This document shows, one piece after another, positions 15,131 to 24,285 of a stretch of 45,038 nucleotides of DNA. Numbering within the stretch: position 1 is the first letter of the stretch; every line of letters starts with the position of its first letter. The stretch is from Planctomycetota bacterium (GTDB lineage: Bacteria; Planctomycetota; Phycisphaerae; FEN-1346), in NCBI GenBank assembly GCA_016782785.1, contig JADHXV010000001.1:1-45038 (forward strand). Direction: 5' to 3'. Position numbers and translations under genes: made by a program. Below the pieces are notes generated by a model that did no database searches, had not been told where the DNA came from, and was given only the letters and a program-made list of their open reading frames with translations.

Positions 15131-16738
15131 CTACTCGGCGGATGTGTCGGCCTCGCCGCCCTCGGCGGTCTTTCGTTCTTTCTGCTGGCGGCGGAGTTCC
15201 TCCAGCCGCTTCGCCACGTCCTGGTACTGGTAGTCCTGCTGGACGATCACACTGTACCACTCGATGGCTTCGTCGTTCTTGTCCTGGATCTCGAACGTGC
15301 GGGCCAGGTTGTACCGCAGTTCCTTGCCGAGCGGGTCGTCCGAGAGTTCGTACTGCTTGATGGCGCTTTCGAACTGGCCCTCGGCCTCGCGGTGCAGTTT
15401 CTTGTCGAAGAAGCACTTGCCCAGCATGTTGAGCGACTGGATGCGCCGTTTGGGGTCGCGCGTGGTGGTCTGGAACGAGACGATGGCCTCGTCATGCGAT
15501 TTCTGCCGGAACTGCCTCATGCCCAGTTCGAAGCGGATGCCCATGTCGGTGGGGTACTGGGCCTGGCGTTCCTGGTAGATGGCCAGTTCGAACTCGTCGC
15601 GTTTGGCGATGACCTGCTGGCGTTTGGCCTTGACGTCCTGTCGGTCGGGCTCGGCCTCGAGTTGCTCGTTGATTTCGCGCAAGGTGCGGCGGAACTCGGC
15701 CATGCGGATGTCGTCCTGCCGCATCTTGTAGCGGTATTCCTTGGTCTGCTCCAGGGCCTGCTGGAGCACTTGCATGGCCTCGTCGATGTGACCTCGGCGG
15801 GCCTCGCAGTCGGCCAGGGCCTCCATCTTGATGGGGTTCTGGGGGTCTTCTTCCAGGTTGGCCTTGAGTTTCTCGAACAGGGCGTCGAGTTGTTCGCGGG
15901 TCCGGACCACCTTCTGGGTGGCGGAGGCCGACGCCTGGGCCCGGTCGCGGATCATATCGTGGAAGTCGCCAACCTCCTCCAGTTTGCCCTTGTCGATGCT
16001 CGCCCGGGCCGACAGGTCGCGGGCGTGCTTGTCGAGCGACCGGTCCGAGGGGTCGATCTTGACGGCCTGCGACAGGGCGTCGACCGCGTCCTGGAAGCGT
16101 TCCCGCTGCTCGTACAGGTCGGCCAGGGTCGTGAAGACCTGCTTCTGCGGCTTCTTGCTGCGGAGGGTCTCCTCGGCGGCGATCTCGCCGAACCAGAGGG
16201 CCACGTCGGTGTAATCGAGCCGGCGGGCCACCTGCATCAACTGCATCATGAGGGTGACGTTCCGGGGGTCGCGGGCCAGGGCGGCCTCCAGGGCCAGCAT
16301 CTGGTCCTTGTGCCGGCCGAGCATCTGCGCGAACGCCCCTTTGGCCTGTCCGAACAGCGCCCCCAGCCCGCCGCCCTTGCCCTGGTTGCGGCGTCTCAGG
16401 GCGCAGTCACGAAGGCCGCGGTGGCCCTTCTCGATGTCCAGGGGATTGTAGCGGAGGCCTTCCAGGTACAGATGGATCGCGTAGTCGAAGTTGTTGCGGA
16501 TGGTGGCCTGTTTGGCCCGCTCAAAGCAGTTGTCGGCCATCTGGCGGGCATCGGGCGTAATCTGATCGGCCGGCAGGAGCGCCTCGGCGCCTTCGGGTGC
16601 CTCGCCCTCGGGGCCCTGGGCGTCCGGATTGGTGCTGTCGGGTTCCGACACGGTGACCGCCTCCTCGGGATATCGCCCCTGAGGTCGGCCCGAGAGCGCA
16701 GACGGCCGACCTCCGCGGAAGAACTCCAGTTTACCCAT
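15131..16738 (-). CDS. TPR repeat protein
   Basis: Multiple 34-aa TPR-like units (AIHLYLEGLRYNP, AVDALSQAVKIDP, AIEWYSVIVQQDYQY). ATG 16738 is preferred over the TTG at 16759. Confidence 0.8.
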   Translation of the reverse strand: MGKLEFFRGGRPSALSGRPQGRYPEEAVTVSEPDSTNPDAQGPEGEAPEGAEALLPADQITPDARQMADNCFERAKQATIRNNFDYAIHLYLEGLRYNPLDIEKGHRGLRDCALRRRNQGKGGGLGALFGQAKGAFAQMLGRHKDQMLALEAALARDPRNVTLMMQLMQVARRLDYTDVALWFGEIAAEETLRSKKPQKQVFTTLADLYEQRERFQDAVDALSQAVKIDPSDRSLDKHARDLSARASIDKGKLEEVGDFHDMIRDRAQASASATQKVVRTREQLDALFEKLKANLEEDPQNPIKMEALADCEARRGHIDEAMQVLQQALEQTKEYRYKMRQDDIRMAEFRRTLREINEQLEAEPDRQDVKAKRQQVIAKRDEFELAIYQERQAQYPTDMGIRFELGMRQFRQKSHDEAIVSFQTTTRDPKRRIQSLNMLGKCFFDKKLHREAEGQFESAIKQYELSDDPLGKELRYNLARTFEIQDKNDEAIEWYSVIVQQDYQYQDVAKRLEELRRQQKERKTAEGGEADTSAE

Positions 16739-16854
16739 TGCCCAAGAGGTGTCAACCAAAATCGGTTCTGGCCTTGTGGCTCGGCATGGCCGCGCCTATA
16801 ATACACGATTATAGCAGGGCGGCGGTGCAGGGTGCCGCTGCCGGGAGGTCCAAC

Positions 16855-17379
16855 ATGGGGTTGCATCTCTATCCCGACCCCGTTCTGCGCAAGCCGACCG
16901 AGGCGGTGACGGCGTTTGACGACCACCTGGCGGACTTGGCCCGCCGGATGGTCGAGACGATGCACGCCAACAACGGCCTCGGCCTGGCCGGGCCGCAGGT
17001 CGGCGTGGGGCGGAGCATCGTCATCGTGTCGCACGACGGCCGGCCGGGCGCCGAGGTCGTCATGGTCAACCCCGAGATCGTGGAGAGCGACGGGACGCAG
17101 GTAAGCGAGGAGGGGTGTTTGAGTTTCCCGGCCATCTTCGTCAAGATCCGCCGGTTCGAGCGCATCCGCGTCCGGTACCAGGACGTGACGGGCCAGCGCA
17201 GCGAGATCGAGGCCGAGGGTCTCTTTTCCCGGGCCATCCAGCACGAGTGCGATCATCTCCAGGGCCGCCTGCTCGTCGACCGCATGTCGGCCGTCCAGCG
17301 GATGGCCCAGAGGCGCCGGCTCCGCGAACTGAAGGACCGGTATCAACGTCAGGAAGCCGGCGCCGAGGCCGTCCGCTGA
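16855..17379 (+). CDS. def: Peptide deformylase
   Basis: GLGLAGPQVG, EGCLSFP and QHECDHLQG are the three PDF motifs. RBS gggagg precedes ATG 16855. Confidence 0.95.
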   Translation: MGLHLYPDPVLRKPTEAVTAFDDHLADLARRMVETMHANNGLGLAGPQVGVGRSIVIVSHDGRPGAEVVMVNPEIVESDGTQVSEEGCLSFPAIFVKIRRFERIRVRYQDVTGQRSEIEAEGLFSRAIQHECDHLQGRLLVDRMSAVQRMAQRRRLRELKDRYQRQEAGAEAVR

Positions 17380-17405
17380 CGCCCGCGCCCGGCCGGGTAT
17401 CCTCC

Positions 17406-18392
17406 ATGCGCATCATCTTTGCCGGGTCAGGAACGTTCGGCTTACCGAGCCTCCAGGCGTTGGTGGACGGCGGCCAGGAGGTGGTGCTGATCGTGATGCA
17501 GCCGGATCGTCCCGCCGGCCGCGGGCGGACGGTCCACATGGGCCCCATCAAACGATTTGCGCGGGTGCGCAACATCCCCTTTTTGCAGCCCGAGAACGTG
17601 AACACGCCCGCGCCGATCCGCCGCCTGCGCGAGGCCCGGCCGGATCTGCTCCTGGTGATCGCCTACGGCCAGAAGATTGGCCCCGAACTCCTGGCGCTGC
17701 CGCGCCACGGGGCCGTCAACCTGCACGGGTCGCTCTTGCCGAAGTACCGCGGGGCCGGCCCCATCAACTGGGCCATCATCGAGGGCGAAACCGAGACCGG
17801 CCTGTCGGTCATCCAGATGACTGAGCAGATGGACGCCGGCGATATCCTCGGCCAGCGCCCGACCCACATCGGCCCCGACGAAACGGCCGGCGACCTGCAC
17901 GACCGGCTGGCCGACCTGGGCGCTCGGCTGGTGACCGAGGTGGTCCGCGATATCGCCCTCGATGAACTCCATCCGCGCCGGCAGAACGAGACGCAGGTGA
18001 CGTTGGCGCCCCGGCTGAAGAAGTCCGACGGCCGGGTCGACTGGGCGGAGCCCGCCCAGCAGGTGCACAACCACATCCGCGGCGTGACGCCGTGGCCGGG
18101 GACGTTCAGTTTCCTGCCCACCGGCCGCAACAAGGCCTCGCTGCGGGTGGTGATCGACCGGGCGGCCGTCTCGCCCGCCTCGTCGGCAGGTAAGGCCGCG
18201 CCGGGCGAGGTCCTGGCCGCCGGCACCGACGGCATCGACGTGGCGTGCCGGCGCGGCGCGGTCCGCATCCTGGAACTGACGCCCGCCGGCAAGCGGCGCA
18301 TGGCCGCCGCCGACTTCGTCCACGGACACGCCCTGGAGCCGGGCGACCGGTTCCTCGGCAAGCAGGAGACCGCCGGTGCCCGAGGCGCTTGA
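17406..18392 (+). CDS. fmt: Methionyl-tRNA formyltransferase
   Basis: MRIIFAGSGTFGLPSL, NLHGSLLPKYRGAGPINWAI and the position after def. Confidence 0.95.
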   Translation: MRIIFAGSGTFGLPSLQALVDGGQEVVLIVMQPDRPAGRGRTVHMGPIKRFARVRNIPFLQPENVNTPAPIRRLREARPDLLLVIAYGQKIGPELLALPRHGAVNLHGSLLPKYRGAGPINWAIIEGETETGLSVIQMTEQMDAGDILGQRPTHIGPDETAGDLHDRLADLGARLVTEVVRDIALDELHPRRQNETQVTLAPRLKKSDGRVDWAEPAQQVHNHIRGVTPWPGTFSFLPTGRNKASLRVVIDRAAVSPASSAGKAAPGEVLAAGTDGIDVACRRGAVRILELTPAGKRRMAAADFVHGHALEPGDRFLGKQETAGARGA

Positions 18393-18822
18393 CAGGGCCG
18401 TGGTGGCGCTCGCCAACTTCTCCACACGCCTGCGCCGGACGCGGTGCCGGCCCGAGGAGGTGCTGGTCCTCTTTGCCAGTTGCCTTCAGCGGTCGGACTG
18501 CGACCGCAGGCTGGACGAGGACCTGACCAACTGCGCCCGCTGCGGCCGGTGCGCCGTGGCCGCGTTCCTCGACCTGTCGGAGAAGTACGGCGTCCGGGTG
18601 TACCGGGCGACGGGCGGGCGCCGGGCGGCGGCGCGGGCCCGCGCGCCGGCCATCAAGGCGATCGTGGCCGTCGCGTGCCGCAAGGAACTGCGCGAGGGCG
18701 TGTTCGCCTGCCTCCCCAAGGCCGTCCTGGCCCGGACCATCGCCTGGCCGTGCGGTCCCTGCAAGGACACGACCGTCGAGATGGACCGCGTGGAAGAGGC
18801 GGTCCGGTGGCTCCTGCGATGA
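18376..18822 (+). CDS. DUF116-type Cys-rich protein (conserved fmt-rsmB linker gene)
   Basis: It contains CARCGRC and WPCGPC cysteine motifs. RBS aggag precedes GTG 18376. It overlaps the fmt end by 17 nt, and its stop overlaps the rsmB ATG (ATGA at 18819). Confidence 0.65.
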   Translation: MPEALDRAVVALANFSTRLRRTRCRPEEVLVLFASCLQRSDCDRRLDEDLTNCARCGRCAVAAFLDLSEKYGVRVYRATGGRRAAARARAPAIKAIVAVACRKELREGVFACLPKAVLARTIAWPCGPCKDTTVEMDRVEEAVRWLLR

Positions 18823-20213
18823 CGCGGCCGCCGACGGCGCGGTCGGCGGCGCTCGAGGCCCTGGACCGCCTCGAACGCCGCGAAGGCTTTCTTCGCGATC
18901 ACCTCCACGACATTTTCGCGCACGCCGACCTCGACCCGCGCGACCGCGCCCTGGCCCTTCAACTGGCCACCGGCGTGGTCCGGCACCGGCGGGTGCTCCG
19001 GCTGCTGGTCAGCCACCTGCGCGGGCCGGGGCGACGCACGGGGGCCATTCAGCCGCCGCTTCGACGTATCCTGGAACTCGGGGCGTATCAACTCCTCTTT
19101 CTGGACCGCGTGCCCGCCTACGCCGCCGTCAACGAGGCCGTCCAGGCGGCCCGCGAGATGGCCCGGGGACGCCAGGCCGAGCGGGCAGCGGGTTTCATCA
19201 ACGGCATGCTCCGCGGCCTCGGGCGGCTGATTGCCGGCCGCGAGCCCGCCGGCCGGCCGGCTCCCGACGCCGTGCCGCACCCCGACGGTGGCGTCGTCCG
19301 CCTGGCCGAAGCCGTCCTGCCGCGGCCCGAAGGCGGCCGGGCCGTCTTCCTCGCCACGGCCTACTCGTACCCCGATTGGCTCGTCGAGCGGTGGGTAGAT
19401 GCGTATGGCGAAGAGGCCGAGGTCGTCTGCCGTTGGCAGAACCGCCGGCCGCACACCTTCGCGCGGGTTAACCTCATGCGGCACACGGCCGAGGCGCTGC
19501 TGGCGACGCTCCGGCAGGAGGCGCCGGACGTGGCGCCCGGCCCCGAGCCGGGAACGCTGGACGTCTCGGCTCTTTCCATCGAACGGCTCGAGGCCCTGGC
19601 CGAGGCCGGGGACCTGACCGTCCAGGACCCGTCGGCGATGGCCGCCGTGGCGGCCCTTGCTCCGCAGGCCGGCGAGACGGTGCTGGACCTGTGTGCGTCG
19701 CCCGGTACGAAGACCACGCAGATCGTCGAGGCGATGGGCGGCGAAGGCCGGGTCGTCGCCTGCGACCGGAACGAGGAGAAACTGGAGCCGGTGCGGCGGA
19801 CGGTGGCGTCGCGCGGCATCCGGTGCGTGACGGTCTGCCTGTCGGATGACGCGGCCGGCCACGCTCCGGCCGGCGGCTTCGACGCCGTCCTGGTCGATAC
19901 GCCGTGCTCGAACACCGGCGTCCTGGCCCGGCGGGTCGAGGCTCGCTGGCGGGCCCGGCCGGACGATGTGGCCGACTTGGCGGCCATCCAGCGCGGCCTG
20001 CTGGAGCGCGCCATCGGCCTTGTGCGACCGGGCGGCCGGCTGGTCTATTCCACGTGCAGCCTCCTGCCCGAGGAGAACGACGCCCTCGTCGCCACCTTCC
20101 TGAAGGGCCGTAGCGGCTGGGAGCTGGCCCGGCGGGACCTTGTTCTGCCCGGCCCCGACCGCGACGGGGCGTTCTGCGCGCGCCTGAACCGCGTCGAGGC
20201 GGGGACAGCGTAG
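18819..20213 (+). CDS. rsmB: 16S rRNA (cytosine967-C5)-methyltransferase RsmB/Sun
   Basis: An N-terminal NusB-like domain (AALEALDRLERREGF), SAM-binding motifs DLCASPGTKT and DAVLVDTPCSNTGV, and the catalytic YSTCS. Confidence 0.9.
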   Translation: MTRPPTARSAALEALDRLERREGFLRDHLHDIFAHADLDPRDRALALQLATGVVRHRRVLRLLVSHLRGPGRRTGAIQPPLRRILELGAYQLLFLDRVPAYAAVNEAVQAAREMARGRQAERAAGFINGMLRGLGRLIAGREPAGRPAPDAVPHPDGGVVRLAEAVLPRPEGGRAVFLATAYSYPDWLVERWVDAYGEEAEVVCRWQNRRPHTFARVNLMRHTAEALLATLRQEAPDVAPGPEPGTLDVSALSIERLEALAEAGDLTVQDPSAMAAVAALAPQAGETVLDLCASPGTKTTQIVEAMGGEGRVVACDRNEEKLEPVRRTVASRGIRCVTVCLSDDAAGHAPAGGFDAVLVDTPCSNTGVLARRVEARWRARPDDVADLAAIQRGLLERAIGLVRPGGRLVYSTCSLLPEENDALVATFLKGRSGWELARRDLVLPGPDRDGAFCARLNRVEAGTA

Positions 20214-20229
20214 GCCGCGGCGCGCCGCG
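20209..20229 (+). repeat. 21-bp direct repeat, left copy (cgtaggccgcggcgcgccgcg); includes the rsmB stop codon
   Basis: Identical 21-mer at 21532-21552. The two copies bracket the tandem repeats plus the CDF transporter gene. Confidence 0.8.
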
Positions 20230-20467
20230 GCGCAACCCGAGCCCGCTGCGTGAGCAGCGGGGTACGTTCAATCCGCAGCGTGATGATGGCCTCGCCATGC
20301 CAGCGTACCCGCGACCTTACGGTCGCGGCTCGAACAGGCTGCGGGCCGGGCTCGCGCCGCGGCACAACCCGAGCCCGCTGCGTGAGCAGCGGGGTACGTT
20401 CGATCCGCAGCGTGATGATGGCCTCGCCATGCCAGCGTACCCGCGACCTTACGGTCGCGGCTCGAAG
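20222..20467 (+). repeat. Tandem duplication: two roughly 115-bp units with a 132-bp period
   Basis: Unit 1 is 20222-20336 and unit 2 is 20354-20467; I saw only two substitutions between them. Each unit carries the hairpins cccgctgcgtgagcagcggg and cccgcgaccttacggtcgcgg. An inverted, diverged partial copy lies at 24078-24160. Confidence 0.9.
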
Positions 20468-20536
20468 AGGCGACCCGCCGCGCGAGCGCCCCGGATTTAC
20501 GTAGACCTTCCCGCGCCCCGCAGCCACAATGACGCC

Positions 20537-21496
20537 ATGACCGCGTCAACCCACAGCCAGGACGGGTACCGGATGGTCGCCTGGGGCGGCTGGGTCGGCA
20601 TCGCCGGCAACCTGACCCTCGGCGCAGCCAAGTTGACCGGCGGCATCCTGGGCACCAGCCAGGCCCTCGTGGCCGACGCCGTCGATACCCTCGGCGACGC
20701 GGTCACCAGCATCGTTGTCGTCCTGGGGGCGTGGCGCGCCCGCCGGCCGGCCGACGAGCGCCACCCCTATGGCCACGGGAAGGCCGAGGTCCTGGCCGGC
20801 CGAACCATCGCCGTCATCATCATGGCCGTGGGCGTGATCTTCGGCTACCGGGCCGTGACGAAGATCCTGAGCCCCGAGACGCTTTCGCCGCCGGCCCTCT
20901 GGACGATCTGGCTCGCCGTTGCCAGCATCGTCGTCAAGGAGGCGATGGCCCGGTACAAGATGCACCTGGGCCGCAAGATTCACAGCGAAAGCCTCATCGC
21001 CGATGCCCTCAACCATCGCAGCGATGTTTTCACGAGCATGCTGGCGGCAGCGGGCATCACGGCGGCGGTATACCTGGGGCCGGAGTGGCGGTTCCTGGAC
21101 GCCGCCGCCGCCGTCATCATCTGCCTCATCATCTTCGGCGTGGGGGTGACGGTATTCCGGCGGACGGGCTCGGCCCTGATGGATGAGGCCGTCGACGGTT
21201 CCACGCTGGCGACCATCCGCAAGGCCGCCACGGGCGTCGAGGGCGTCCGGGGCACCGAGAAACTCTTCACCCGCCGCAGCGGCCTCGAGACCCACGTGGA
21301 ACTGCACGTGGAGGTCGACGGGCACATGACGGTCGGCGACGCCCACGACATCGCCACCCGCGTCAGCCAGGCCATCCGCGACGCCGTCCCCGCCGCCACG
21401 CACGTCACCGTCCACATCGAGCCGCACGAGCTGGAAGGCGAGGGATTGCGGGAGCAGGACGTCAAGGGATCAAGGGAACCGGGGAGCCAGGTGTAG
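20537..21496 (+). CDS. Cation diffusion facilitator (CDF) family divalent-metal efflux transporter
   Basis: ALVADAVDTLGDAVTS (TM2 HD/DD site), HPYGHGKAE, ADALNHRSDVFTS (TM5) and a C-terminal cytoplasmic domain (HVELHVEVDGHMTVGDAHDIA). Confidence 0.9.
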   Translation: MTASTHSQDGYRMVAWGGWVGIAGNLTLGAAKLTGGILGTSQALVADAVDTLGDAVTSIVVVLGAWRARRPADERHPYGHGKAEVLAGRTIAVIIMAVGVIFGYRAVTKILSPETLSPPALWTIWLAVASIVVKEAMARYKMHLGRKIHSESLIADALNHRSDVFTSMLAAAGITAAVYLGPEWRFLDAAAAVIICLIIFGVGVTVFRRTGSALMDEAVDGSTLATIRKAATGVEGVRGTEKLFTRRSGLETHVELHVEVDGHMTVGDAHDIATRVSQAIRDAVPAATHVTVHIEPHELEGEGLREQDVKGSREPGSQV

Positions 21497-21531
21497 GCCG
21501 GGACGAAGTCCCGGCGAATTGGGATAGTAGA

Positions 21532-21552
21532 CGTAGGCCGCGGCGCGCCGCG
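21532..21552 (+). repeat. 21-bp direct repeat, right copy
   Basis: Identical to 20209-20229. It is preceded by the hairpin gccggga-cgaa-gtcccggc (21497-21516) after the CDF stop. Confidence 0.8.
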
Positions 21553-21561
21553 ACCGACGCC

Positions 21562-22752
21562 TTACTTCATCTCCTGCAACCGATACGCCGGCGTCCCCAG
21601 GCCGATCTTCTCCATCTGCTGAATCTGCACGTACGGGTCTTTGCCGTGGATGCGTTCGAACAGGTGCCGCCCCTCGACCAGCGGGCGGTCGGGCGGCAGG
21701 CTGCCGGGCAGGGGCTCGCCGTCGCGCGTCAGGTCCAGGGCGGCGTTGTCGATGGCCACGATGTCCTCGCCCGCCAGGATGCCCACGTCGGGCACGAGCG
21801 ACGGCGTCGAGAACCCCCAGCAGTCGCAATACGGCGTAATCTGCGTCAGGAACGTGATGTGGACGACCCGGGCGGGGTCGAACGTCTTAAGGACCTCCCG
21901 GGCCGCCAGGGCCAGGCCGTGCTGGAACGGCACGAAGCCGCCGCCCACGATCCGGATCGCCTCCTGGGGGCACGCCAGGACGCAGTGCCGGCAGTAGACG
22001 CAGTGATGGTAGAAGATCTCCAGGCGGTCGCGCTCCTTGTTCCATCGGGCGGCGCCGCGCTGGCACTCGCGGACGCACCGTTTGCACTTGGTGCATCGCG
22101 ACTCGTCGTACACCAGGCCGCCTTCGAGGTGATGCAGGTGGCCGCGGGTCGTCTCCGTCACGCAGCCCATGGCCAGGTTCTTGCACGCGGCCCCGTAGGC
22201 GCAGTCGCCGTGGCCCTTGAAGTGGCTGAGGTTGACAAGGGCGTCGGCCGTCTCGATGGCGCCGACCACCTCCACGGTCTTGAGCGACTTGTAGCGGACC
22301 TTGTGCGGATAGAAGTGGGCGTCGTCGATGCCGCCGGCCGGCACGATGGGGACGCCCAGCACCTCCTCGGTGTAGCCGCGGCCTTTGGCGCCCTCGACGG
22401 TGAGCGACCCGTCGGTCACGAAGACGCGGCGGGCGCCGGCGTCCCTGATTTTCTGGATGAGCATCCGGACGAACACCGGGTGGATGGTGGTGTACCCGAT
22501 GCTGTCGTGGCCGCCGCCCAGGTGCATCTTGACGGCGACGGTGGCGTCGCGCGAGATGCGGCGAAGGGGGAGGCGCTTAAGCATCCGCTCGAACTTGGCG
22601 GGGAGCGTGGCGTCGGCCTCCAGCCGCTCAATGGCCGCCGAGGCGAAAAGGATGCAGGCGGCCTTGGTCGAACCGTCTCGCGCGGCCGACCCGCCCGTCT
22701 TGGTCGAACCGCCTTGCTTGGCGGGCTTCCTGGTCTTGCGCGTCTTGGGCAT
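21562..22752 (-). CDS. DUF362-type protein with an inserted 2x[4Fe-4S] ferredoxin motif
   Basis: VAVKMHLGGG...RRVFVTDGS is DUF362-like. CTKCKRCVRECQ and CVYCRHCVLACP are two CxxCxxCxxxC(P) clusters. ATG 22752 has a ggagaa RBS; ATG 22809 is the alternative. Confidence 0.8.
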   Translation of the reverse strand: MPKTRKTRKPAKQGGSTKTGGSAARDGSTKAACILFASAAIERLEADATLPAKFERMLKRLPLRRISRDATVAVKMHLGGGHDSIGYTTIHPVFVRMLIQKIRDAGARRVFVTDGSLTVEGAKGRGYTEEVLGVPIVPAGGIDDAHFYPHKVRYKSLKTVEVVGAIETADALVNLSHFKGHGDCAYGAACKNLAMGCVTETTRGHLHHLEGGLVYDESRCTKCKRCVRECQRGAARWNKERDRLEIFYHHCVYCRHCVLACPQEAIRIVGGGFVPFQHGLALAAREVLKTFDPARVVHITFLTQITPYCDCWGFSTPSLVPDVGILAGEDIVAIDNAALDLTRDGEPLPGSLPPDRPLVEGRHLFERIHGKDPYVQIQQMEKIGLGTPAYRLQEMK

Positions 22753-22816
22753 CGGCTTCTCCGGGTGCTGAGGCGAGAGTCCGCTCGGATAACAATACGC
22801 GGTAGGCATGGGCAGT

Positions 22817-23008
22817 TCAAGCCGCGGGCGGATCGATAGTGGGGCACGGCAGGCGCGAAACGGGTTCCTGAACGGCCGGCGGATCGGCCGCGGGCCCGGG
22901 CACGTCCCCGTCCAGCCGCGACCACTGGTAGACTGCGAACGCCGCCATGGCTGCCAGAGAGATCAGCAGGAGCGCGAAGAACAGCCAGTGTTTCGTTGCA
23001 GGACGCAT
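22817..23008 (-). CDS. Possible small single-pass membrane protein (63 aa)
   Basis: MRPATKHWLFFALLLISLAAMAAFAVYQW is a hydrophobic helix. It is co-oriented with and directly upstream of the DUF362 gene. It is only the 3' part of a long ORF that is otherwise antisense to surE. Confidence 0.35.
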   Translation of the reverse strand: MRPATKHWLFFALLLISLAAMAAFAVYQWSRLDGDVPGPAADPPAVQEPVSRLPCPTIDPPAA

Positions 23009-23170
23009 GGCGGCACCGCTACGGCATAGGCCGGTCGACCGGCCCGGACCGCCTGCTATCGTAGCCCGGGCCGACAGATTCCGCAACGTTTCGCGCCGTG
23101 TGTTTGACTCGGCGGGCGCCTGTGCTACCATACCTACAGGCGCTGCGCGCCGGCCCGCCGCAGGGGCGAA

Positions 23171-23206
23171 GGGCGCTGTTCGAGCCCGCCGCGGAAGCGG
23201 CGGGAG
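23171..23206 (+). repeat. REP-D-type element (gcgctgttcgagcc + hairpin cgccgcggaagcggcgg)
   Basis: The leader gcgctgttcgagcc is shared with 24078-24091 and 30888-30901. Here it is followed by a different self-complementary stem. Confidence 0.65.
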
Positions 23207-23251
23207 ACGTACACACTGACGTGGCAGTATCACCAGGCAGAGAGGAGCCGC

Positions 23252-24010
23252 ATGCGCATCCTTGTGACCAACGACGACGGCATCATGGCGCCGGGCCTGC
23301 TGGCCCTTCGGCGGGCCTTGGCGGACCTGGGCGAGGCCATCGTCGTCGCGCCCACCATGCCGCAGTCGGCCGTCGGGCACAGCATCACGCTGACGGACCC
23401 GATTCGCGTCCACCGCGTGGACCTGGGCGACGGCCTGGTGGGCCACGGCGTGGAGGGCAGCCCGGCCGACTGCGTTAAACTGGCCGTCCTCGAACTGCTC
23501 GACGAACCGGTGGACCTCGTGGCCAGCGGCGTCAACCTGGGGGCGAACGTCGGCATCAACGTCCTGTACTCCGGGACGGTGGCGGCCGCGGTCGAGGGGG
23601 CGTTCTTCGGCGTGCCGTCGGTCGCCGTCAGCATCGAGGACACCGACGCCCCCGATTACGACGGGGCGGCCCGCATCGCCCGCCGCCTCATCGACCAGTG
23701 GTTTGGCCGCAACGGCCGCGAAGCCATGCTCCTGAACGTCAACGTGCCGGACCTCTCGGCCGGGCCGCCGAAGGGCGTCCGCGTGGTCGGCCAGAGTCTG
23801 AAGGGCTGGCGCGAGGGGTGGGAACGGCGGAGCGATCCCCGCGGCCGCACGTACTACTGGATGGTCGGCGGCCCGGAACGCGAGGACCACGGGACGGATT
23901 CCGACACCGCCGCCCTGGCCGAGCGGTACGTCACCGTGACGCCGCTACGGTTCGACCTGACGGACCACGCGCGCCTGGGCGACGTGGCGGCGTGGGGCCT
24001 TCGCCTGTGA
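23252..24010 (+). CDS. surE: 5'/3'-nucleotidase SurE
   Basis: MRILVTNDDGIMAPGL, SGVNLGANVG and YSGTVAAAVEG are canonical SurE motifs. Confidence 0.95.
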   Translation: MRILVTNDDGIMAPGLLALRRALADLGEAIVVAPTMPQSAVGHSITLTDPIRVHRVDLGDGLVGHGVEGSPADCVKLAVLELLDEPVDLVASGVNLGANVGINVLYSGTVAAAVEGAFFGVPSVAVSIEDTDAPDYDGAARIARRLIDQWFGRNGREAMLLNVNVPDLSAGPPKGVRVVGQSLKGWREGWERRSDPRGRTYYWMVGGPEREDHGTDSDTAALAERYVTVTPLRFDLTDHARLGDVAAWGLRL

Positions 24011-24077
24011 GCCGGCTGGCTGCGGGCCTCGCTCGTGCCGCCACCGTAAGGCCGCGGCAGGTCAGAGCCGGCGGGAG

Positions 24078-24160
24078 GCGCTGTTCGAGCCGCGACCGTG
24101 AGGTCGCGGGTAGGTTGGCATGGGGCGGGATCATCGCGCGCCGGATCGGACGTACCCCGC
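24078..24160 (-). repeat. Inverted diverged copy of the 3' part of the 20.2-kb tandem unit (REP-D)
   Basis: tgttcgagccgcgaccgtgaggtcgcgggtaggttggcatgg... matches the reverse complement of ...gccatgccagcgtacccgcgaccttacggtcgcggctcgaaca, and the match continues more weakly to gtacccc. Confidence 0.75.
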
Positions 24161-24163
24161 AAC

Positions 24164-24217
24164 GGCGAGATTTCTCCGCTCGGCCTTGCTGCGCAAGGCC
24201 TCGGTCGAAATGACATG
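24164..24217 (-). repeat. REP-A variant (catgtcatttcgaccgag - hairpin ggccttgc/gcaaggcc - ccgagcggagaaatctcgcc)
   Basis: The same variant occurs at 30971-31031. It shares the tgtcatt...aatctcgc frame of REP-A. Confidence 0.75.
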
Positions 24218-24285
24218 TCTGCCGTGGACGCTGGGCGAACCCTCGGTGGACATGACACGCGCGCACACGGCTCGGCCGCGCCAGG

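Noticed and set aside
20222-20467. Possible CRISPR array (repeated units with hairpins)
   Set aside because: There are only two units. They are about 115 bp long with a 132-bp period and only about 17 nt between them. There is no alternation of short repeats with unique spacers and no cas genes in the window. It fits a tandemly duplicated REP/MITE-like element instead.
24011-24285. Small ORFs between surE and the convergent membrane-protein gene (for example 24098..24472 +, 24120..24413 +)
   Set aside because: The interval is explained by REP-D (24078-24160) and REP-A variant (24164-24217) copies. The ORFs read through the repeats and then run antisense into the 24286..24876 gene.
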